A DNA stretch of 32,000 nucleotides, taken from Pyrolobus fumarii 1A. Lineage in GTDB: Archaea; Thermoproteota; Thermoprotei_A; Sulfolobales; Pyrodictiaceae. The stretch is from NCBI RefSeq assembly GCF_000223395.1, contig NC_015931.1, forward strand, positions 1,440,001 to 1,472,000. Direction: 5' to 3'. This document shows, piece after piece, positions 1 to 7,724 of the stretch (its first letter is position 1; every line of letters begins with the position of its first letter). The notes beneath the pieces were generated by a model that worked only from the letters and a program-made list of their open reading frames with translations, was not told where the DNA came from and did no database searches. The translations under genes and the position numbers were made by a program.

Positions 1-1
1 C

Positions 2-982
2 AACTTCGCTACCATTGACGAGTCCACCCTGAAGATAATCGATAGGCGTGTTGGGCGTAGCCTGACGAGTGAGGAAGCGCGTAAGCTTGCAGAATCTCTG
101 GATGGAATGGAGCTGAGTGGGGGCGGTTACGCTAGGGTTCGAGCAACTGTTGGTCATAGGGTTGTTGTGATAATAGGTAGTAAAGTGAACAGACTTAGCG
201 ATCAAGTCGAGAATATCGACCCCGCCTATGTAAGGAAAGGGTTAGTTTCGGTTGCAGTGCCAAACCCGGACATGAGGCTAAGGAAGTGTAAACCACTTGT
301 CGATGCGCCAGAGGCAAGGGAAACATGTAGGCTCGTTGACGAATTCGTTGCGCGTGCAATAGAAGTGCTCTCTAAGCACCCCATCAACGTTGAGAGAGAA
401 AGAAAGGGGTTGTTGAAAGCTAATGCCGTCATACTGCGTGATGCGGGTGGAAGACTTCCACGTATGCCGAAGCTGCAGGACATTTATGGTCGCAAGTTTG
501 CCGCCGTTGTGGAGATGCCCGTTGAGCGTGGAATAGCTAAGGCGGCTGGCATGAAGATAGTTGAGGTTAACCCGCCCAGCGGTGATCTTAGGCGTGACCT
601 CCCAGAGCGATTAGATGCCACGCTGCGCGGCCTAGAAGAGGCTGATGTAGTTTACGTTCATCTGAAAGGTCCAGACGAGCCTGGTCACGACGGCGACTTT
701 GAGCGTAAAAAGAAGGCTGTTGAGTTGATAGATGAGCTGTTCGTGGCGCCACTACTGGAGAAGGTTGATCTCGAACGAGTAGCAATCCTCGTTACTGCAG
801 ACCACGCTACACCATGGCCGCTGAAGAGTCATAGTGGCGACCCAGTACCCTTCATTCTATCGTGGAAAGGGTTCAGTGGAGGTCCAGGCGTATTCAATGA
901 ACGTGCTTGCAAGAATGGTATCAAGTTAGAGCATGGGTGGCAACTCCTGCCTTTTACTGTCGAGAAGCTAGGATGGAAGTGA
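2..982 (+). CDS. apgM: Cofactor-independent phosphoglycerate mutase, archaeal ApgM type (5' partial, frame open to the window edge)
   Basis: The frame of the tracked ORF 107..982 is open back to nt 2 (NFATIDESTLKIIDRRVGRSLTSEEARKL...). ApgM-like blocks are present: HLKGPDEPGHDGD, VTADHATP, HSGDPVPFIL. Confidence 0.8.
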   Translation, partial: NFATIDESTLKIIDRRVGRSLTSEEARKLAESLDGMELSGGGYARVRATVGHRVVVIIGSKVNRLSDQVENIDPAYVRKGLVSVAVPNPDMRLRKCKPLVDAPEARETCRLVDEFVARAIEVLSKHPINVERERKGLLKANAVILRDAGGRLPRMPKLQDIYGRKFAAVVEMPVERGIAKAAGMKIVEVNPPSGDLRRDLPERLDATLRGLEEADVVYVHLKGPDEPGHDGDFERKKKAVELIDELFVAPLLEKVDLERVAILVTADHATPWPLKSHSGDPVPFILSWKGFSGGPGVFNERACKNGIKLEHGWQLLPFTVEKLGWK

Positions 983-1089
983 GAGGTGCTCAGCAGCGCC
1001 CGGACAGCTTCGGCATCCCCCATGCGGGGCTAGTCTCCGGTCCACCTCAGCATCCAGTAGGATACGACGGAGCGGCAGGTGTTTGAGCC

Positions 1090-1983
1090 TTGCGGGTATG
1101 GGATCCCGGGAGAATAACTAGGCTTTCAAAGCTCAGTGTTTATGCGAGATTGGTGCGAGTAGAACACACGCTATTCAGCCTACCCTTTGCCACCATAGGG
1201 CTTTTGGTTGCGCGTGCTACAAACCCGGTGATCTACGCATTGTCTTATCTCGCGCTTTTCGGTTTACGTGCAGCAGCAATGAGTTTCAACAATGTCGCAG
1301 ATGCCGATATAGACGCGTTAAACCCGCGTACTAGCAAAAGGCCCGTTGTAACGGGCATAGTGTCGACGCGCGAAGCGCTGGCAATTACATTGCTAGCAAT
1401 CATGTTATACTTCGCCGCAGCATACTCTATCTGTATACCTGCTCTGCTTTACGCGACGCCGCTCTTACTGCTAGCCCTATCCTACCCCTATGCAAAGCGT
1501 GTGCATCCACTGCCTCACTTGCATCTAGGGCTAGTCCTGGGAATGTCCGTATTCGGCGGATGGGTTGCAGGCATGTGTAGCACGTCGTGTACCGGTGCTA
1601 ACCTTTCTCTCAGTAACGCGCCATGGCTCATAGTATTTGGGGTCGCTCTCTGGGTCGCCGGCTTCGACGTGATATACTCGACCATGGACTACGAGTTCGA
1701 TAAAAGGATAGGCCTCGGCAGTATACCAGCCCTCCTCGGCCCTGAGCGTGCACTCAAAATAGCTGTGATGCTGGAGTGTTTAGCTGCAAGCCTATGGACA
1801 CTGGGCGCACTCTTGTACTCCGGGATTTTTGCGGCAATAACCAGCCTAGCCGCCGGTACAGTGGCCGTAGGTGCATCTCTACTTGCGCTCAAAAGTACAG
1901 ATAATATACCGAAAGCTTTCAACATGAATCTAGCCGTGGGGTTCATCGCCCTACCCGGCTTTGTGCTAGATATGGTGGCCTAA
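1090..1983 (+). CDS. UbiA-family aromatic prenyltransferase (archaeal ubiA-other / MqnP-like)
   Basis: 297 aa with a TTG start and multiple TM helices. First Asp-rich motif NNVADADIDALNPRTSKRPVVTG (NxxxDxxxD...RP..G). Second acidic motif DVIYSTMDYEFD. Lies immediately upstream of a UbiD homologue. Confidence 0.8.
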   Translation: MRVWDPGRITRLSKLSVYARLVRVEHTLFSLPFATIGLLVARATNPVIYALSYLALFGLRAAAMSFNNVADADIDALNPRTSKRPVVTGIVSTREALAITLLAIMLYFAAAYSICIPALLYATPLLLLALSYPYAKRVHPLPHLHLGLVLGMSVFGGWVAGMCSTSCTGANLSLSNAPWLIVFGVALWVAGFDVIYSTMDYEFDKRIGLGSIPALLGPERALKIAVMLECLAASLWTLGALLYSGIFAAITSLAAGTVAVGASLLALKSTDNIPKAFNMNLAVGFIALPGFVLDMVA

Positions 1984-2038
1984 GCTGGTCTTTCAGGACC
2001 TCCGCGAATATCTAGAGGAGCTTGAGAAGCGCGGGTTA

Positions 2039-3472
2039 TTGCGACGCGTGCGTACCTCTCTGTCACCGGATCTCGAGATACCTGAGGCATTACGGCAGGT
2101 AATGTACAGCGGGGGCCCAGCAGTTCTCTTTGAAAACGTGAAGGGCTATCCAGGATGGAGAGTTGCAGGCAACATATTCGCTAACATAGAGTACGTCAAG
2201 TTAGCGTTGGGTGTGGAAAACCTGGAGGATATAGGATGGAGGCTAGTATCTCTAGCATGGAGACAGCCTCCACTCACGTTAACAGAGAAGCTTAGAAAGC
2301 TACGTGACGCGCTTGAAATAGGGCGTTATACCCCCAAGCTCACAAGACGTGCTGCCTTCACCCGGAACGTAATTGAAGTAAACTCTATCAGCGACATAGC
2401 TAGAGTCATTCCAGCATTTAGGCAGTATCCTCGCGAACCCAGACCTTACCTAACATACCCTCTAGTCATCGTAAAGCACCCCGAGACCGGCGTAACAACT
2501 ATGAGTGTTTACCGTGTCATGGTTAGGGAGAGGGATCTCGTTGTTCACTGGCAGCTTCATAAGAGGGGGCAGCAAGCGTACAACGAGTGGAGAGAAAAGG
2601 GTGCCGAGGAGATACCAGCAGCCATAGTGATAGGTGCTGAGCCTGCAACGCTTCTCGTCGGTGCGTTTCCAGTACCCTACCCTATGGACAAGTTGCTCTT
2701 TGCTGGCATTGTGCGCGGCGAGGGCATAGAAGTCTATCGTTTGGACAATGGTGTTGAGGTGCCAGCTTCAGCTGAGGTAGTAATAGAGGGCTATGTTACG
2801 AACGAGTTGGCTGATGAAGGGCCATTCGGCGACCACTGGGGGTACTACGATAAGCCTCGTAGGAAGTTCCCGATTATGCGGGTTACAAGGATATACATTC
2901 GCGAAGAACCCGTCTACTATGGCACCGTTGTGGGAAAGCCTGTGTTAGAGGATGCGGTGATAGGCAAGACTGTCGAGAGAATATTCCTGCCAATAATAAA
3001 GACATTGTTGCCGGAGGTACACGACATAAACTTCCCTCCACACGGCGTCTTTCAAGGAATGGTTATAGTATCGATTAGGAAGAGGTACCCTGGGCATGCA
3101 AAGAAAGTTATGATGGCGTTGTGGGGGCTCGGCTTGTTATCGCTCACAAAGATAATAATCGTGGTTGATCATGATGTGAACGTGCATGACATTAATCAAG
3201 TTATCTGGGCAGTATCGTCGCATGTCGATCCGCAGCGTGATGTGATAGTTATACCCGGTACGCCGACAGATGAGCTTGATCCAGCGGTCCCTGTGCCAGG
3301 GTATGGTAGCAAGCTTGGGATAGATGCGACTCGTAAGCTACCCGAGGAGAATATGGGAGTAGAGTGGCCCGAAGAGGTAGGCGTTCCAGACGAACTAGTA
3401 GAACGTATAAGAAAGGTACTCGAGAAAGAGGGTGTTGTAAAGGACGTTAAAGGCTCAGGAGCTGGATTGTAA
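2039..3472 (+). CDS. ubiD: UbiD-family (prFMN-dependent) aromatic decarboxylase; true 5' end probably near 1985
   Basis: GGPAVLFENVKGY, GPFGDHWGYY and VVDHDVNVHD blocks are typical of UbiD. The in-frame sequence upstream of the tracked TTG (KLVFQDLREYLEELEKRGLL) matches the canonical UbiD N-terminus (DLRDFL..LE..GEL). Confidence 0.85.
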   Translation: MRRVRTSLSPDLEIPEALRQVMYSGGPAVLFENVKGYPGWRVAGNIFANIEYVKLALGVENLEDIGWRLVSLAWRQPPLTLTEKLRKLRDALEIGRYTPKLTRRAAFTRNVIEVNSISDIARVIPAFRQYPREPRPYLTYPLVIVKHPETGVTTMSVYRVMVRERDLVVHWQLHKRGQQAYNEWREKGAEEIPAAIVIGAEPATLLVGAFPVPYPMDKLLFAGIVRGEGIEVYRLDNGVEVPASAEVVIEGYVTNELADEGPFGDHWGYYDKPRRKFPIMRVTRIYIREEPVYYGTVVGKPVLEDAVIGKTVERIFLPIIKTLLPEVHDINFPPHGVFQGMVIVSIRKRYPGHAKKVMMALWGLGLLSLTKIIIVVDHDVNVHDINQVIWAVSSHVDPQRDVIVIPGTPTDELDPAVPVPGYGSKLGIDATRKLPEENMGVEWPEEVGVPDELVERIRKVLEKEGVVKDVKGSGAGL

Positions 3473-4190
3473 TCGTTTTTGAGGTTGATGCGAGCATCGA
3501 GAGTTTCTGGAGTAACTTCTCAAAGCTCATCTTGTCAACGTGCCTAGCTAGGGCAAGAAGCGTGTCGTAATCGTCCAAGCTCAGAGTATCTCTCCTTGCA
3601 ATGAGTAGTAGACACGAGGGTGCTAGTATAGCGGTACAACAGCCACCATCAGCTAACAGTGCTGCTGCTGCTTCGAGATCGCGTCCAGACGGTAAACACA
3701 GACTGCCTGGATGTGTATGCGCAGTTGCAACATAACGGCTGCCAGGTATATGCACCTTATCTCTCTCGCCCTCCGCTATAACGCCAATACCGCGCCAGAG
3801 AAGTACAAGCATGTACTCCCGGTTTACAGCGAGATAGGGTTTCAGAGTCTTCAACACAAGCTCACGGAAGTAAAGCCTAGCCTCATGTAGGTGTTCCACA
3901 TGGCTTCTTAGCTCGTGCCTAGCTGGCTCACTAACGTGGAGAGCATTAACATGTAACCTTGTAACTCTCTCGATAAAAGCGAGTACTTCATCAATATCAT
4001 TTTGACTAGGCTCGCGTTTACAATGGTATAATATACTAGCCTTGTCTCCCTCTATTGCTGCCTTCGAAGCTACACAGTGTATATCGATATCTAGGAGGGC
4101 TTCGAGAAAAAGTGCTGAGAGTGTGTGAGAAGAAACAAGTGATGATAGCGTATTGTCTACTAGTAGCTCCTCGCGCCTCATTATATCCAC
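3447..4190 (-). CDS. JAMM/MPN+ (JAB) metalloprotease-like domain protein with a ~120-aa helical N-terminal extension
   Basis: Exact HxHx7SxxD signature AHTHPGSLCLPSGRD (nt 3678-3719, minus strand), with candidate upstream Glu residues (NREYMLVLLW, IAEGE). The ATG overlaps the glnA stop by 10 nt. The 3' end overlaps the convergent ubiD 3' end by 26 nt. Confidence 0.5.
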   Translation of the reverse strand: MDIMRREELLVDNTLSSLVSSHTLSALFLEALLDIDIHCVASKAAIEGDKASILYHCKREPSQNDIDEVLAFIERVTRLHVNALHVSEPARHELRSHVEHLHEARLYFRELVLKTLKPYLAVNREYMLVLLWRGIGVIAEGERDKVHIPGSRYVATAHTHPGSLCLPSGRDLEAAAALLADGGCCTAILAPSCLLLIARRDTLSLDDYDTLLALARHVDKMSFEKLLQKLSMLASTSKTITIQLLSL

Positions 4191-5599
4191 GCGTACATGT
4201 ATACCTCTATTGGGTTGGGGTATAGCTTCTCGGTCTTCGCCTCCTCCCTCTTCAGCTCAATGTAGGTCTCTATCACGTCCTTGTCGAACACCGGCTTTAG
4301 GAACTCGTGGTCACTCTCTAGTTCGTCGAGAGCCTCTTCGAGGTTCCTGGGTAGCTCCTTTATGCCTAGCTGGCGCTTCTCCTCTGGAGACATGTGGTAG
4401 ACGTCCTTGTCTACTGGGTCGCCGGGGTCAATCTTCTTCTTGATTCCGTCTAGGCCGGCTAGCACTATTGCCGCGAAGGCTAGGTATGGGTTGCAGCTTG
4501 GGTCTGGTGGTCTGAACTCGATGCGCTTGGCCTTCTCCTCGCCCTTGTAGTACACTGGGATCCTAATAGCTGCGCTTCTGTTAGCCTTACTCCATACTAG
4601 GTATATTGGTGCCTCGAAGCCTGGGACTAGACGGCGATAGCTGTTTGTCGTAGGCGCGACGAGTGCTGCTAGTGCGCGCCCGTGCTCAATAAGACCGCCT
4701 ATGAAGTAGCGTGCTGTCTGGCTTACCTCTGCATACTCGTCGTTCGGGTCATAGAAGAGGTTCTTCTTGCCATCTTTGTCCCATAGGCTCACGTGAGTGT
4801 GCATACCGTTGCCGTTGTCGCCAGAAATGGGCTTCGGCATGAATGTAGCTACCATGCCGTACTTTGCAGCAATGTTCCTAGCCACGTACTTGAGAGTGAT
4901 GACGCGGTCTGCAGTCTCAACTAGCTCACCAAAGCGGAAGTCGATCTCTATCTGGCCTGTAGCGGCTACCTCGTGGTGTGCGGCTTCAACAGTGAATCCA
5001 AAGTAGTCCTCGAGTACCTCGGCTATCTCCTCGCGTATGCTAGCAAGCTGGTCGATGGGGGTTGGTGTGTGGTACGCCTTCTTGAACATCTGGAAGTATT
5101 GGCTTGATTCTAGTGGTGACTCCCGGCTGCTGACGCTGTAGCTTATGCCTGCGGCTGGGGTAAAGACGTCTATGGTAAGGCTGTCTAGTAGCATGAACTC
5201 TACCTCTGGGCCGAAGTACGCCCTGTAACCCTGCTCTGCGAGATACTCTACAGTGCGCTGCGCGATGTACCTTGGGTCGCGGTTGAATCTGCCTCTACCC
5301 ATGCTCAGGTAGATGTCGGCGATAACGCGTGCCTTCTTGGGGTTCCAGGGTAGCTGCTCTACTAGCGTTGAGAAGTCCGGCTTGACGACAAGGTCGCTCT
5401 CAGCAATGGTCGTGAAGCCCTCGACGCTGCTACCGTCAAGCTGTCCTAGACCCCTCTCAATGGCCTTCTCGTCTATCTCATGGAGTGGAACGGTGAATGC
5501 TCTCAGTCTGCCACTTAGGTCGGTAAAGTGAACCTCAAGCCACCTAACACCCTTTTCGCTCAACCTCCTAAGCTTTTCAAGCACTTCAGCTGCACTCAT
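4181..5599 (-). CDS. glnA: Glutamine synthetase type I
   Basis: Full-length GS pattern: DGSS.EGF, GPEVEFML, NGNGMHTHVSLW, SYRRLVPGFEAP, NRSAAIRIP. The ATG at 5599 (MSAAEVLEKL) is preferred over the tracked upstream start at 5647. Confidence 0.92.
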   Translation of the reverse strand: MSAAEVLEKLRRLSEKGVRWLEVHFTDLSGRLRAFTVPLHEIDEKAIERGLGQLDGSSVEGFTTIAESDLVVKPDFSTLVEQLPWNPKKARVIADIYLSMGRGRFNRDPRYIAQRTVEYLAEQGYRAYFGPEVEFMLLDSLTIDVFTPAAGISYSVSSRESPLESSQYFQMFKKAYHTPTPIDQLASIREEIAEVLEDYFGFTVEAAHHEVAATGQIEIDFRFGELVETADRVITLKYVARNIAAKYGMVATFMPKPISGDNGNGMHTHVSLWDKDGKKNLFYDPNDEYAEVSQTARYFIGGLIEHGRALAALVAPTTNSYRRLVPGFEAPIYLVWSKANRSAAIRIPVYYKGEEKAKRIEFRPPDPSCNPYLAFAAIVLAGLDGIKKKIDPGDPVDKDVYHMSPEEKRQLGIKELPRNLEEALDELESDHEFLKPVFDKDVIETYIELKREEAKTEKLYPNPIEVYMYAWI

Positions 5600-5778
5600 G
5601 GCGTTTTTCCACCGGGCTCTCGGCCCAGCCGCACAAACATTAAACACTAATGTCGTGTAGATCGAACACTTGTTCCGCTTCTCTCACTACGAATTACGTG
5701 ATAGCCGAGCTTTAGCCAGCAACCCTCTCGAATGCTTATCATGCCTCCAACATGCTAGCCACAGAACGGCGGTGTAAA

Positions 5779-6882
5779 GTGGCACGTGTAAGGGCAGTTA
5801 CGGTATTTGTGTCGCCACGCGAGTGGAGTAGCGAGAGTATATCAAGTTACGTTGAGAATGCGGCCGTGAAGGCAAACGAGATAGCGGATGCTATACGCGA
5901 ACGTATTGAAGTCTGGAGTGTTCGTGTAGCTCTCCCTCCTCTTCCAGAAGGAGTAGATCCAGTCCGTGTGGCTGAAGCTGCGATGAAGGCTGCTGAGGCT
6001 AACGGTGTCAAGTATATTGCAGCGGTGCATCTTAACGTGGGAAGCATAGACGATGTTAAAAGGTTTGTTGATGCGATCGAAGTTGGCGTGTATGGTTCAG
6101 TGCTTCTACCTAGAGTTGAATACGCAGGAAGAGCTGCTGAGCTAATAATGGAGGCTTCTAAGCGGGATATAATGGCGCCCACGAGACTAGCCATAGTGTT
6201 TGGTGCATCGTGGCCGCTTACCCCCTACTTCCCGATAGCAGTGCAGACGCGAAGTGGAATGGGGTTTGCAGTAGCAGCGCTATACGTTGACGATGTGTTA
6301 GCATCCCTAGGTGAGGAGCCTAGCATCGAAATGATACGATACATCTCGACTCGAGTGTTCTCCGTCATAGAGGAGGTGTCGCGCGAGGCCTCAGAGCGTC
6401 TAGGTATCGAATACTATGGGCTTGACGCATCTCTATCCCCATGGATGGACGAGAGTGTTGCAAGACTGATAGAGAGGTTGATGGATGAACGGAAGCTAGG
6501 CTCGCCAGGCACGTTGACAGTGATACGTGAGCTAAACAGAGTGATTAGAGGTATAGCATCCAGCTTTGACGCTGTAGGTTTCAACGAGGTTATGCTACCC
6601 GTGGCCGAGGACAACGTTCTCAAGGAGCGTGTTGGAGAAGGATTGGTTCGCGTCAGGGACTTGCTCCTATACTCGACAGTGTGTGTGGCAGGCGTGGACA
6701 TGGTAGTGGTTGGCGATAATATGACGAAGGAGGGGCTTGTCGGTCTCGTAAGGGATATGCACTCGGTGTACAAGCTAAAGGGGCTGAGCATAGGTCTTAG
6801 GCTGATAATGATTGAGGGGGCGCAGCCAGGCGACTGGATAAGCCTTGGGGAGTTTGGTAAAGTACCGGTGGCCTGGTGGTGA
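5779..6882 (+). CDS. DUF711/UPF0210-like protein (function unknown)
   Basis: The N-terminus (V)ARVRAVTVFV resembles the UPF0210 IRTIT start. The GTG at 5779 is preferred to the tracked ATG at 5752. The stop overlaps the next gene's start (GTGGTGA). Family assignment is from memory only. Confidence 0.45.
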   Translation: MARVRAVTVFVSPREWSSESISSYVENAAVKANEIADAIRERIEVWSVRVALPPLPEGVDPVRVAEAAMKAAEANGVKYIAAVHLNVGSIDDVKRFVDAIEVGVYGSVLLPRVEYAGRAAELIMEASKRDIMAPTRLAIVFGASWPLTPYFPIAVQTRSGMGFAVAALYVDDVLASLGEEPSIEMIRYISTRVFSVIEEVSREASERLGIEYYGLDASLSPWMDESVARLIERLMDERKLGSPGTLTVIRELNRVIRGIASSFDAVGFNEVMLPVAEDNVLKERVGEGLVRVRDLLLYSTVCVAGVDMVVVGDNMTKEGLVGLVRDMHSVYKLKGLSIGLRLIMIEGAQPGDWISLGEFGKVPVAWW

Positions 6883-7724
6883 ACAGTTACGAAGTAAGGG
6901 GGCGTCTTGAGCTACTCGGCAGAGAGCGGCTAACACTCCGTGCATATCTCGAAGTGTATGGAGGTGTTTTCATTACACCAGTGGGTATCGTAGACGCGAG
7001 TAGCGGGCCACGCCGCGTGGAGTATACCGTCAGTCTTGATGTAAACCGTTACTACGTGCCAGCTGACGTGCCACTACCAAAGCCGCAGCAACCTTACACT
7101 CTCGTAGACTACTCTATAGTCTATGAGCACGATCCTCGTCTATCATTAGTACAATCGGATAGAGACTCTACTATTGTGATTACAGACACAGCGTACACGA
7201 TGGTAGATGGTCCCGCTTATCCACAGTTGTTGGTAAAGAATAGGGATGGCGCTGTAAGAATGCCGCACGAGCTATTATGGGCTTATCCGCTCCGCCCTGC
7301 TAACCGAATCTATTCTAGGCTTGTCGAGTTGGAGTATAGACTGCTTCTTGGGGGCTCCGGCTGCGCGACTTTACACGCGGTTAACACTGTATGTGCTGAG
7401 GATGAGTGTCTGCCTGAGATTGAGTGGAGGAGAGGTGTGGCACGCGAAAGGTTGTCGGCGAGTGTGCGTTGTTGGGCGAAAACGTTTGGTGCCGATGACT
7501 CGGGTGAGCCTCAGCCAGTGTTAGTTAAGGTAGAGGGTAGAGATGTTCATGTAAGGCCCCAAGGAGGAGGAGGGTATGGTATAGTGAGGTTAATGATAGA
7601 TTGTGGCGGGGAAGTTTTTGCTGTTGAGAAGCTTGTGAGACGCGAATGGAGCTGGAGGCTAGATGAAGCATGCCGAGCGGTAGGCTATGCATCACTATGT
7701 CCATACTGTTTGCAACCGTTCTAG
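6876..7724 (+). CDS. Hypothetical protein (282 aa), C-terminal CxxC (LCPYCLQPF)
   Basis: Long ORF with balanced composition. The GTG start overlaps the upstream stop and the 3' end overlaps the next ORF. No recognisable motif. Confidence 0.55.
   Translation: MVNSYEVRGRLELLGRERLTLRAYLEVYGGVFITPVGIVDASSGPRRVEYTVSLDVNRYYVPADVPLPKPQQPYTLVDYSIVYEHDPRLSLVQSDRDSTIVITDTAYTMVDGPAYPQLLVKNRDGAVRMPHELLWAYPLRPANRIYSRLVELEYRLLLGGSGCATLHAVNTVCAEDECLPEIEWRRGVARERLSASVRCWAKTFGADDSGEPQPVLVKVEGRDVHVRPQGGGGYGIVRLMIDCGGEVFAVEKLVRREWSWRLDEACRAVGYASLCPYCLQPF

Noticed and set aside
983-1089. A GC-rich 107-nt spacer between apgM and ubiA, checked for a tRNA or sRNA.
   Set aside because: There is no T-loop (GTTCRANYC) or acceptor-stem architecture. 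Only short 4-6 bp stems are present (GAGGTG/CACCTC, CCCC/GGGG, CTCCG/CGGAG). The evidence is too weak to call.
5600-5647. A 16-codon N-terminal extension of glnA in the ORF track (MFNVCAAGPRARWKNA).
   Set aside because: The canonical GS N-terminus starts at MSAAEVLEKL (ATG 5599), and the extension is not protein-like.
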